The notes under the pieces: generated by a model
Told to the model about the DNA's origin: nothing
Database searches by the model: none
Seen by the model: the letters and a program-made list of their open reading frames with translations, nothing else
NCBI GenBank assembly: GCA_964500415.1
Contig: CAZCOB010000001.1
Coordinates: 15,204 to 79,203 of the forward strand
Reading direction: 5' to 3'
Origin: an uncultured Dehalococcoidaceae bacterium
GTDB taxonomy: Bacteria; Chloroflexota; Dehalococcoidia; Dehalococcoidales; RBG-16-60-22
DNA length: 64,000 nt
Shown here: positions 30,217 through 39,172 of the stretch, piece by piece
Numbering within the stretch: position 1 is the stretch's first letter
How the letters are laid out: the number at the start of each line of letters is the position of its first letter
Program-made: the position numbers and the translations under genes

Positions 30217-30624
30217 TTAATCCGGATAAGCGGCTATTGCATCCACCTCTACCTTAAAGGTGTCCACAGCCAGCCCATCCACAACTGCGAGCGTCCCGGT
30301 ACTTGGTTTTTCTTTCAAATCCGGCGCCAGACGGTAGCACTCTTGATGGAATTTCTGTATTACCTCGACGGGGTCCGCGGCGCCCTTCTTCATATAAAGA
30401 GTGTGTTTTATCATGTTTCCTATGGAAAGGCCGATTTCCTCCAGCGCGGCGTTCATCTTCTTCACAACCACCTCTATCTGTGCATTTATGTCCTCAGGGA
30501 CCGCTCCACCCTTGTCAAAATCCATTGCCTCTGTTCCGGAAAGGAAAACCAGCTTGCCGACCGTCAGCGTTTTGCAGATGTCCATCTGCATTCCTTCAAA
30601 ATACGTGCGATGATAATTATCCAT
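30217..30624 (-). CDS. Rid/YjgF family protein lacking the catalytic Arg
   Basis: LVFLSG, KVEVDAIA; PAR motif replaced by PSTG. Confidence 0.85.
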   Translation of the reverse strand: MDNYHRTYFEGMQMDICKTLTVGKLVFLSGTEAMDFDKGGAVPEDINAQIEVVVKKMNAALEEIGLSIGNMIKHTLYMKKGAADPVEVIQKFHQECYRLAPDLKEKPSTGTLAVVDGLAVDTFKVEVDAIAAYPD

Positions 30625-30661
30625 TTGTAACCTCCTTTAGTGTTTTTAATATTAACAGGGA

Positions 30662-32371
30662 TTATTTACCCAATCCGGCACTATATACAATCTCGCCGCC
30701 AACTATCGTCATCAAGGTACGTATATCTTTTATTCTTTGCGGTTCGACGGTTAGAATATCTTCGTCTAAAACGCAGAAATCCGCCAGCTTTCCTTCTTCG
30801 ATAGAACCTTTGATGTCTTCTGCGTGGTCCTGCCAGGCGCCTCCCACCGTAAACATGCGGATGGCTTCTTCCACAGTTACGTGCCGGGCTGGCTCACCCT
30901 CCGTCGCATAATTTCGTAAAACGATGGACTGTATTGTCGCCTTCCAATCAGGATACGTAACCGGAGCGTCGGAACCACCGGCAATATGAACGCCGGCATC
31001 AAGCAATGTTCTTAAACACCCGTATTGTGCCGCTCTTTGCGTACCCACGGAATACGGCAGCAAATTCATAACGATATCAGCTAGAGCCGGCTGCACCGAA
31101 ACGCCAATGTTATACATATTCATAAGCTTCGCTCCCTCGGGTGATACATAATCTCCGTGAATAAGGTAATGCCTGAGCTTCTTCGGCTCTTCGCGTTCGG
31201 CTTTTACAAAACTGTCAATACACGCGTCGATAGCTCTATCTCCCGTAACGTGAACGCCTACCCGGAAACCAAGTTTATGACAATGGGCCACGATTTTCAT
31301 CAGTTCAGTGCAGCGTTCTTCGTCGGTTTCACCGGTGAAAATCATTTTACCGTTGCCACCATCTTCGTAATCTTTGTACATCCAGGCGGTCTTGTTCAGG
31401 GGTATACCATCGGCAAAGAGTTTGACTCCGGCCATTCTCACCCGCTCAGTGTTAAAATCGGAATTCGTCCCTAATTGAGATAGTCCATCATATAATGCTT
31501 GGGGGTCGTATGAGCCGTACGGTGTAAATAGCATCATGATGCCTACCCTTAGAGAAAGCCTGCCCGCATTATCAAGCTCTTTGTAAACTTCGATACACTC
31601 TTCATTCCACAACCCGCCCTGATATCCGGTGCCGCCCGGGCCAAGAGCCCCCTCGGTTATGCTCGTTATACCCAGCGAATTCAGTTCCTTCACAGCGGTA
31701 AGAAGTGCTTTTCGCTTTTGTTCTCGTGTCAAATCGGGAATAACGCTGGCGACCATCTCTCCCAGTTGCGCCCCCCTCAGCAAACCGGTAGGCTCTCCGT
31801 TTACCGGGTCTTTGACTATCTCACACCCCGGAAGCGCCGGTGTATCCCCGGTGATTCCAACCAGTTCCAGGGCCCGGGTATTAAGCCAGGTAACACTCTC
31901 TCCGATAGTAAAAGGAATCACACCAAGACAAACAGGATTGACAGGAGATACCAGGTCCAGGTCCCATCGTGTCGGGTACCTTGCGGGACTACTTTTACAT
32001 TCCTTCAGTGTACCCAGATTTAACCCTGACCCCCGGATCCATTTACCGGGTTTGGTCTTTTTAGCCTGCTTCCCAACTGCGTTCACAATATCGCGAATCG
32101 ACTTCATAGCAGGGTAACCGGCATCAAGTACCACAGGCGGTCTCGACCCCCAGTAGAGGGCTGCATGGATATGGGCGTCATTAATACCCGGAAGCATGGT
32201 TTTCCCTTCCAGGTCTATGATTTTTGTCTGCCTGTCACCCAATGCTTTAATATTATCGTTAGTGCCAACGGTTACTATTTTCCCGCCCTTTACTGCAACT
32301 GCCTGGGCGATGTAAAAATTCCCGTCAACTGTGATTATATTGCCATTAATAATTATCAAATCTGCTGACAT
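30662..32371 (-). CDS. YtcJ-like amidohydrolase, paralog 2
   Basis: PGINDAHIH, KLFADG, HVTG, RHYLIHGD, GSDAPV, GSIEEGKLAD. Confidence 0.9.
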   Translation of the reverse strand: MSADLIIINGNIITVDGNFYIAQAVAVKGGKIVTVGTNDNIKALGDRQTKIIDLEGKTMLPGINDAHIHAALYWGSRPPVVLDAGYPAMKSIRDIVNAVGKQAKKTKPGKWIRGSGLNLGTLKECKSSPARYPTRWDLDLVSPVNPVCLGVIPFTIGESVTWLNTRALELVGITGDTPALPGCEIVKDPVNGEPTGLLRGAQLGEMVASVIPDLTREQKRKALLTAVKELNSLGITSITEGALGPGGTGYQGGLWNEECIEVYKELDNAGRLSLRVGIMMLFTPYGSYDPQALYDGLSQLGTNSDFNTERVRMAGVKLFADGIPLNKTAWMYKDYEDGGNGKMIFTGETDEERCTELMKIVAHCHKLGFRVGVHVTGDRAIDACIDSFVKAEREEPKKLRHYLIHGDYVSPEGAKLMNMYNIGVSVQPALADIVMNLLPYSVGTQRAAQYGCLRTLLDAGVHIAGGSDAPVTYPDWKATIQSIVLRNYATEGEPARHVTVEEAIRMFTVGGAWQDHAEDIKGSIEEGKLADFCVLDEDILTVEPQRIKDIRTLMTIVGGEIVYSAGLGK

Positions 32372-32441
32372 TCGCTCTAAACCTGTCTTTGAGTTCCATT
32401 TTAACTATATAAATCTTTACGGCATCAAGACACAAAAAGCC

Positions 32442-32527
32442 GATATTGCTTTTAGGGTATATTAATCTATTATGCGGTTCAAGATACTAATAGACTCCAC
32501 CTTTCGGACAATAATATATATCTTCCG
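32442..32527 (-). promoter_or_regulatory. Regulon promoter block B, driving amidohydrolase-rid-C45
   Basis: 62/83 ungapped identity to 27010-27092 by manual count; -10 TATACC. Confidence 0.75.
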
Positions 32528-32754
32528 TTACAATCGAATATAAAACTCTGGAAATTAGATTAAAAATTAAATCGATCTCGTTGATTTTTTTGCGGGTGCA
32601 TACATTGGCTTTATAAGAAACATATCATTATCATCACTTTCCCAGCCGCCCCCCGATACCGCGATAACTGTATCATACCGGGATTATTGTCAATCTGTTG
32701 GGGTAATATTTAAAGCTTATACTTTCAATCCCATCAAAAAGTACGTACTGAGTT

Positions 32755-32819
32755 GTCCAAAAGATGGAGGCTATTGGTATCTTGAAGTATAAAATACGTT
32801 GATATAATCTGAGAGTAAT
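32755..32819 (+). promoter_or_regulatory. Regulon promoter block C, driving the ABC operon
   Basis: GTCCAAAAGATGGAGGCTATTGGTATCTTGAAG-N15-TATAAT-CTGAGAG; inverted copy of A and B. Confidence 0.75.
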
Positions 32820-32990
32820 TGTAAGTTGCTCGTGTTTCTCTCAATGAAAATTCCAAACATAGAAGCAACAGCGTGACGGTCTGAATCTGTGAAGAAGGAG
32901 GTGCAATATTTAAATAATACGCAATAGTGTGACCACTTGTTTACAAAATGGACTGAAAAGTCTCTCCCCTGTAATAAAGGAGGAAAAATA

Positions 32991-34667
32991 GTGAAAAAGT
33001 ATTTTATAATTATTTGTGCGATAGTAATAATCGGCTCGCTGATACTTGGCGGTTGTGCCGAACCTGAACCAGAACCGGCACCAGCGCCGGCACCGGCACC
33101 GAGTCCAGAACCGGCACCGAAACCGAGTCCAGAACCGGCACCGGCACCGAGTCCAGAACCGGCACCGGCACCGAGTCCAGAACCGGCACCGGCACCTGAT
33201 CAGCCAAAGTACGGCGGCACGTGGACCATCATGTCGGACACAACTCCCACCAATGTTAACCCCCCGGCCGATGGAGGTTCTTTGTCGACCAGGCATCTTG
33301 TCCCCTGCCTGGAGCCATTACTCCGGCTAGGCGAAGGTGGAGTTCTCCAAGGGCATCTGGCGGAATCCTGGGACGTTTCTCCCGACGGTACCGCCATCAC
33401 CTTCCACCTGCGCCAGGGCATCAAGTTCCATGATGGCACCCCCTTTAATGCCGAGGCGGTCAAATATAACCTGGAAGCAACCGCGGCATCAGGCCTTTGG
33501 GGCGTTGGTATCCTGAACGTTGCCACATCTTATGACATCCTTGACGACTATACCATCCGGGCGAATCTTGACGGCTTCAATTACAGTTACATAACCGCGC
33601 TGGCCGGGCTTGCCGGCATGATCGCATCGCCAACAGCTTTACAGATACCCGCCGAGGACGAAGAACTCCCCGAGCTCCACATGGTAGGCACCGGGCCTTT
33701 CATCTTCGATAGCTTCAAGCGGGATGACTATGTCAAATATACGAAGAACCCGAACTACTGGCAGGAAGGTAAGCCCTACCTCGATGCGGTTGTCTTGAGG
33801 AACATCGCCGACCGAACCGTCGCGTTGATGGCTTTCCAGGCGGGCGAGGCGGACGAGTGGGCGACAGGACTCCAACTGGCTACGTCGAATATGCTGGAAG
33901 AGCAGGGCTACATTATTAGATCATATCCGCTGCGGTTCCATTTTGCCATGGTGTATGACAGCGCGGACCCGGCTTCTCCATTTGCCAACCAAAAAGTACG
34001 CGAAGCTGTTCACTATGGTGTGGACAAGCAGACTCTGGTTAATGGTATCGGCGGCGGCGCAAAGAGAGGATTTACCGCTCTGTATCAGATGGCTGAGCCA
34101 GGCGACCCGTGGTATTGCCCCGAACTGCCGATTCGCGCATACGATCTGGCAAAAGCCAAGCAGATGCTGGCTGACGCCGGTTACCCCGATGGGATAAAGA
34201 CAACGCTCATTTCGGACACCTTTGCGGAGACGAACTTCTTAGAGGCCCTGCAAATCGAGCTTAAAAAGATGGGCATCGATACCGAACTTGACATTGCGGA
34301 TTTTGGTAGGATAACCTCTCTAGAGATGGGCGGTTGGGAAGGTCTGTTGCATCCGGGTTTCCCGACCTCCGATACCATCTCGGGTCTTAACTCCCGCTGG
34401 GGCGACCCGTCCTTCTTCGTCAGTATGTACAAGCCGGCCGGATGGGATGACATGTGGGCTGCAATGATGGCCGAGGTTGACGATAACAAGCGTATAGAAA
34501 TGATGAAAGATATAGTTAGACTCGACTATAATGAGTGTTTAACCTTTACCTGGAGGGCGGATGCTCCTTTCGGAGTGAATGATGGAACCAGTCATGGTTT
34601 CGTACTTCACGCCGGTGGTGCCATGGACATCTGGTGGCCGGAATTCGTTTGGAAAGAACAAAAATAA
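32991..34667 (+). CDS. Family 5 (Opp/Dpp) ABC substrate-binding lipoprotein with a Pro-rich linker
   Basis: Lipobox LGGC; LAESWDVS..LRQGIKFHDGTPFNAEAVK, GTGPF; GGAGG RBS before GTG 32991. Confidence 0.93.
   Translation: MKKYFIIICAIVIIGSLILGGCAEPEPEPAPAPAPAPSPEPAPKPSPEPAPAPSPEPAPAPSPEPAPAPDQPKYGGTWTIMSDTTPTNVNPPADGGSLSTRHLVPCLEPLLRLGEGGVLQGHLAESWDVSPDGTAITFHLRQGIKFHDGTPFNAEAVKYNLEATAASGLWGVGILNVATSYDILDDYTIRANLDGFNYSYITALAGLAGMIASPTALQIPAEDEELPELHMVGTGPFIFDSFKRDDYVKYTKNPNYWQEGKPYLDAVVLRNIADRTVALMAFQAGEADEWATGLQLATSNMLEEQGYIIRSYPLRFHFAMVYDSADPASPFANQKVREAVHYGVDKQTLVNGIGGGAKRGFTALYQMAEPGDPWYCPELPIRAYDLAKAKQMLADAGYPDGIKTTLISDTFAETNFLEALQIELKKMGIDTELDIADFGRITSLEMGGWEGLLHPGFPTSDTISGLNSRWGDPSFFVSMYKPAGWDDMWAAMMAEVDDNKRIEMMKDIVRLDYNECLTFTWRADAPFGVNDGTSHGFVLHAGGAMDIWWPEFVWKEQK
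33093..33194 (+). repeat. Coding tandem repeat, 4 x 24 bp (PSPEPAP[A/K])
   Basis: CCGAGTCCAGAACCGGCA at 33099, 33123, 33147 and 33171. Confidence 0.95.
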
Positions 34668-34702
34668 ATAGAGATAGCTGAAGAAAAGGAATATATACAT
34701 AT

Positions 34703-34739
34703 CGGTGGAGGGGCCGGACACGCTCTAACCCCTCCACCG
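34703..34739 (+). terminator. 11-bp GC stem-loop after the SBP gene (terminator or mRNA stabiliser)
   Basis: CGGTGGAGGGG / CCCCTCCACCG; no U-tract. Confidence 0.6.
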
Positions 34740-34966
34740 GAGTAGAACTTAATAGCTTTATTCTGGTTCTCTGCCTGAATGAACCTTCTGGAATGTATGA
34801 AATAGAAATCAGATTTAAATATAACCTATAACTATAGAAACAACAGAGTTCTTTGATGGTTCAAAGGGTGCCAGTACTTCGAAAGTAACTCCGCCGGCGC
34901 GGTACCTTTTGTAATACACTTCAAATAATAACATGTAAGCGAAAATAAGCCAGCGAGAGGTCTTGA

Positions 34967-35929
34967 ATGGCAGGCTACGTGATTCGCCGATTATTCATGG
35001 GTCTTATTGTCGTCATAATAGTGACCATCCTGGTATTTCTCCTGATACGGCTTCTGCCGGGTGACCCGCTCTTGGTGTATCTAACCCAGCAGCAATACAG
35101 GGATACGGCTTACGACCCTGCCCAGCTGGCACAATTGCAGGCACAGTATGGCCTGGACAAACCACTGCCCATACAGTATATATCCTGGATAGCGGATATG
35201 TTCCACGGCGATTTCGGAGAATCAATTAATCTTAAGGAGCCGGTGTCGAAGCTGATTGGAGAACGCTTACCGGTGACCCTACACCTGAGTATCATTGGCG
35301 CCATATTCGCTACAGTTTTCGGTATAGGTTTCGGCATAATCTGCGCTTTAAGGCGAGGCACGTGGCTGGATACCGTGCTTACTTTCCTGGCAAACATAGG
35401 TATAACTATGCCCAGCTTCTGGGCAGCTATTCTGCTCATATATCTGTTCGGCCTCAAGCTGGGCTGGGTGCCGATCGGGGGTTACACATCACCGTTCGAG
35501 GACTTCTGGTTGAACACCCGCCAGATAGTATTGCCGGTTTTCTGCATGTCGCTCTTCGGCCTGGCATCAAACACGCGCCTGACGCGTTCCTGTATGCTTG
35601 AGGTCGTCGCTCAGGATTATATTCGCACAGCCTGGGCTAAAGGCCTGAAAGAGCGGGTTATCGTCCTCAGGCATACCATTAAGAATGGCTTAATACCCTT
35701 AATTGCCAATATGGGTTTCCTGGTCGCCGGCCTGTTCGGCGGTTCGGTGATTATCGAGACTTTATTTAACATTCCCGGTGTCGGGAGATTATTGACAACA
35801 GCTATTCTCGGGCAGGATTACATGATTGTTCAGGCCAGCACTTTGCTGATGGTGGTACTGATAACATTCGCCAACATTGCAGTGGATATTTCCTACGGTT
35901 GGCTTGACCCCAGGATAAGATATGATTAA
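34967..35929 (+). CDS. ABC permease, DppB/OppB-like
   Basis: RLLPGDP, QDYIRTAWAKGL EAA-type motif. Confidence 0.93.
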   Translation: MAGYVIRRLFMGLIVVIIVTILVFLLIRLLPGDPLLVYLTQQQYRDTAYDPAQLAQLQAQYGLDKPLPIQYISWIADMFHGDFGESINLKEPVSKLIGERLPVTLHLSIIGAIFATVFGIGFGIICALRRGTWLDTVLTFLANIGITMPSFWAAILLIYLFGLKLGWVPIGGYTSPFEDFWLNTRQIVLPVFCMSLFGLASNTRLTRSCMLEVVAQDYIRTAWAKGLKERVIVLRHTIKNGLIPLIANMGFLVAGLFGGSVIIETLFNIPGVGRLLTTAILGQDYMIVQASTLLMVVLITFANIAVDISYGWLDPRIRYD

Positions 35930-35940
35930 GGAGTTCTGGT

Positions 35941-36855
35941 ATGGCAGATAGTCCAAACCCCCGCGCCCCGCTAAGCGATACTGTGACGTCGGACGTACCT
36001 TTAAAAAAGTACAGTGAATTTAAGCGCACCGTAGCCGTATTCTTCGGGCGGCCGCTCCCCGTCGCTGGCCTGGTAATTATCACCATTTTTATTATCATTA
36101 CTATTTTCGGCCCCTGGCTGGCTCCCTACGACCCTCTTGATATGGATGTCATGAGCTCGTTAGCGCATCCCAGCAGCAATCACCTCCTCGGCACCGACGA
36201 AATAGGCCGAGATACCTTGAGTCGTTTGATTTACGGCGCGCGTACTTCGCTGTTCATCGGCATCGTGGTCATCGGTGTATCTTCGGCTATTGGTGTACTG
36301 CTGGGTCTTATTGCCGGGTATTCCACCGGAGCACTGCATCATGTAATTATGAGAATTACCGATGGTCTGATGGCCTTTCCGAGTATAATACTGGCTCTCC
36401 TTATCGCCGGGTTGCTCGGAGGTGGTCTGCAGAATGTCATTATAGCTCTGACCGTTGGTATGATAGCGCCGGTTATCCGTATAACATGTGGTACGGCCAT
36501 GTCTATTAAAGAAAATGAATATATTATGGCTGCACGGGCAATGGGCGTGAGCAAACTGAATATTATGATTAGCGAAATTTTACCTAATTGCTTCGCTCCG
36601 ATACTGGTGATGATGACCATGGGAATTGGTGCGACCATTCTGGCGGAGGCGGGGCTCAGTTTTCTGGGGGTAGGTATCACCCCACCGACACCGGTCTGGG
36701 GACGCATGGTAAATGACGGCTATCGATATCTCCTTACCAATCCCGAGTTGTCAATAGCACCTGGCCTGGCGGTCATGCTGGTAGTCTTCGGTTTCAATAT
36801 GATGGGTGATGGCCTGCGGGATGCACTCGACCCGAGGCTGAGAGGTGTTATCTAG
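35941..36855 (+). CDS. ABC permease, DppC/OppC-like
   Basis: HLLGTDEIGRD, EYIMAARAMG. Confidence 0.93.
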   Translation: MADSPNPRAPLSDTVTSDVPLKKYSEFKRTVAVFFGRPLPVAGLVIITIFIIITIFGPWLAPYDPLDMDVMSSLAHPSSNHLLGTDEIGRDTLSRLIYGARTSLFIGIVVIGVSSAIGVLLGLIAGYSTGALHHVIMRITDGLMAFPSIILALLIAGLLGGGLQNVIIALTVGMIAPVIRITCGTAMSIKENEYIMAARAMGVSKLNIMISEILPNCFAPILVMMTMGIGATILAEAGLSFLGVGITPPTPVWGRMVNDGYRYLLTNPELSIAPGLAVMLVVFGFNMMGDGLRDALDPRLRGVI

Positions 36856-36887
36856 TTATTGCTCAAAGAATAAGCAAGGAAGTTGAC

Positions 36888-37880
36888 ATGGAAGCTCTGC
36901 TAAATGTTGAAAATCTTAAGACTTACTTCAATACCTACCACGGACAGGTTAAAGCTGTAGATGGCGTCTCCTTTCATATAAATCAGAAAGAGACTATTGG
37001 TATAGTGGGAGAGAGTGGTTGTGGTAAATCGGTGAGTATGTTGTCAGTAATGCAGTTAATCACCACGCCACCGGGTGATATAGTTGACGGCAAGGTTATC
37101 TTCGAAGGGAATGATTTGCTCCAGTACAATGCTAAAGGCGATGTAATGTGTTCTGTCCGCGGTGGGAAAATTAGCATGATATTTCAAGAGCCGATGACCT
37201 CGCTTAACCCAGTACTGACTATTAACCGGCAGTTAACCGAAACGCTGGAGCGGCATCTCGGTATGGACCCCCGTGCGGCCAGGCTGCGCGCTATTGACCT
37301 GCTGAAGCTGGTGGGTATCCCTGAAGCTGAAAAACGCATTGATGCCTACCCGCACCAGTTCAGCGGCGGTATGCGCCAGCGAGTGATGATTGCCATGGCA
37401 ATCTCCTGTAATCCGGAAATACTGATCGCCGATGAACCTACCACAGCTCTAGACGTAACCACTCAGGCGCAGATATTAGACCTCATGAAAAAAATGACAG
37501 AGAACTTGAATACTTCTCTTATTATCGTCACACACAATATCGGCGTAGTCGCCCGTTATGCCGAGAGGATTTATGTCATGTACGCCGGTCGCATCGTTGA
37601 GTCTGGCCATTCCTACGATATATTTGACAACCCGTGCCATCCATACACAATAGGTCTTCTTAAGTGCGTACCTCAGTTGGGAGAAACACGAAACACGAGA
37701 AAACTGGTACCGATTACCGGTATGCCTCCCAACCTGATTGATATGGCCCCAACTTGCGCTTTTCTCCCAAGATGTACTTATCGAACTGAAAGGTGTAAAC
37801 GAGAGCCTTGGCCTCCGTTAAGACAAATAGATGGTCAGCATTATATATCGTGTTATGTTGATACTTGGGAGAAGAAATGA
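36888..37880 (+). CDS. ABC ATPase, DppD-like
   Basis: [29 protein letters not shown] and Cys-rich tail. Confidence 0.94.
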   Translation: MEALLNVENLKTYFNTYHGQVKAVDGVSFHINQKETIGIVGESGCGKSVSMLSVMQLITTPPGDIVDGKVIFEGNDLLQYNAKGDVMCSVRGGKISMIFQEPMTSLNPVLTINRQLTETLERHLGMDPRAARLRAIDLLKLVGIPEAEKRIDAYPHQFSGGMRQRVMIAMAISCNPEILIADEPTTALDVTTQAQILDLMKKMTENLNTSLIIVTHNIGVVARYAERIYVMYAGRIVESGHSYDIFDNPCHPYTIGLLKCVPQLGETRNTRKLVPITGMPPNLIDMAPTCAFLPRCTYRTERCKREPWPPLRQIDGQHYISCYVDTWEKK

Positions 37881-38860
37881 AAGAAGCAGCGGATGACTCA
37901 GTAATAGAAGTAAAAAACCTGAAAATGTACTTCCCCATAACAGCAGGCATATTGCGGCGTAAAGTCGGCGATATTAAAGCTGTAGATGACGTGAGTTTCA
38001 AGATAAAGAAAAATGAAACGCTTGGCCTAGTTGGTGAAAGCGGGTGTGGCAAGACCACTGTTGGTCGCTGCATCTTACGCCTTTATCGACCTACCTCCGG
38101 AAATATCACATTTCTCGGACGCGATATATCAAAGATGCCGGAACACCATATTAGACCGATGCGCATACACATGGGCGCTATTTTCCAGGACCCGTATAGC
38201 TCACTTAATCCACGCCAGACGGCCCGCAATATCGTCGGTAAGCCGTTGAAAACCCATAACCTCGTAGGAATGAATGAGTTTAATACCAAGGTATCCGACC
38301 TTTTCAATCTCGTCGGTCTTAACCCCGTAATGATGAACCGCGTTCCTCACGAGTTTAGCGGCGGCCAACGACAGCGTCTGGCTATTGCACGTGCATTAGC
38401 TTGCCAGCCTTCACTGGTAGTCTGTGACGAGCCTATTTCAGCTCTCGACGTTTCGATTCAAGCTCAGATAATTAATATCCTTGAAGAAATCCAGGATATG
38501 ATGGGATTGACGTATCTCTTTATTGCCCACGACCTCTCCGTGGTGCAGCATATCAGCACTCGTGTAGCTGTCATGTATCTGGGACGCATCGTGGAGATAA
38601 CAAACGCGGAGGAACTCTACTCCAATCCGCTGCATCCATATACCAAGGCTTTGCTTTCGGCGGTACCGATACCGAATCCGCATATTGAAAAAAACCGCCA
38701 GCGTATCGTCTTGAAGGGCGAGGTGCCCAGTCCGGCTAATCCGCCGAGTGGTTGTCACTTCCATCCACGCTGCGATTTAGCTACTACAGATTGCATGGAG
38801 ACAAAGCCGACCTTAAGGGACGTTGGTAACGGCCACGAGGTGGCCTGTTTCAGGGTATGA
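37877..38860 (+). CDS. ABC ATPase, DppF-like
   Basis: GESGCGKT, FSGGQRQR, HPYT, CHFHPRC; ATGA overlap with the upstream gene. Confidence 0.94.
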   Translation: MKEAADDSVIEVKNLKMYFPITAGILRRKVGDIKAVDDVSFKIKKNETLGLVGESGCGKTTVGRCILRLYRPTSGNITFLGRDISKMPEHHIRPMRIHMGAIFQDPYSSLNPRQTARNIVGKPLKTHNLVGMNEFNTKVSDLFNLVGLNPVMMNRVPHEFSGGQRQRLAIARALACQPSLVVCDEPISALDVSIQAQIINILEEIQDMMGLTYLFIAHDLSVVQHISTRVAVMYLGRIVEITNAEELYSNPLHPYTKALLSAVPIPNPHIEKNRQRIVLKGEVPSPANPPSGCHFHPRCDLATTDCMETKPTLRDVGNGHEVACFRV

Positions 38861-38952
38861 TATCAGTTATCGAAAGGAGTAATTAAACAACTAAAAGGTC
38901 TTTTAGGACCTACTTCGCATTGTTGTTCCTGTTATTTTCTTGATTATCATTA

Positions 38953-39054
38953 GACGGGCAGGCTCTGCCAGGGGAGAATCAGGCAAAGGCTGGTGCTGGC
39001 GCCCCTACCATTGGCAGCCTGATGCACAATTGGTCAAGTGGTATCCTGCCTGTC
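38953..39054. other. Candidate structured RNA element upstream of aor
   Basis: Outer stem GACGGGCAGG/CCTGCCTGTC plus competing inner stems. Confidence 0.4.
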
Positions 39055-39172
39055 CCTACTTCTCGTTTCATTGAATATAGTCCGTGATTATATTTAGCAA
39101 CTCGTTATGAATTCATCCACATGAATATATATTAACTATTCAGTTAGTGATTTTTACAGAAAGGAGTACGAA

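Noticed and set aside
32895-32927. Extra AAGGAGGT in the ABC leader with an 8-codon ORF
   Set aside because: No suitably spaced start codon; cannot be supported from the sequence alone
33093-33194. 24-bp periodic repeat as a CRISPR array
   Set aside because: No unique spacers, in frame within a lipoprotein linker, and no cas genes
38953-39054. Known Moco/Wco or glycine riboswitch
   Set aside because: The conserved sequence blocks of those classes are not recognisable; kept only as an unclassified candidate
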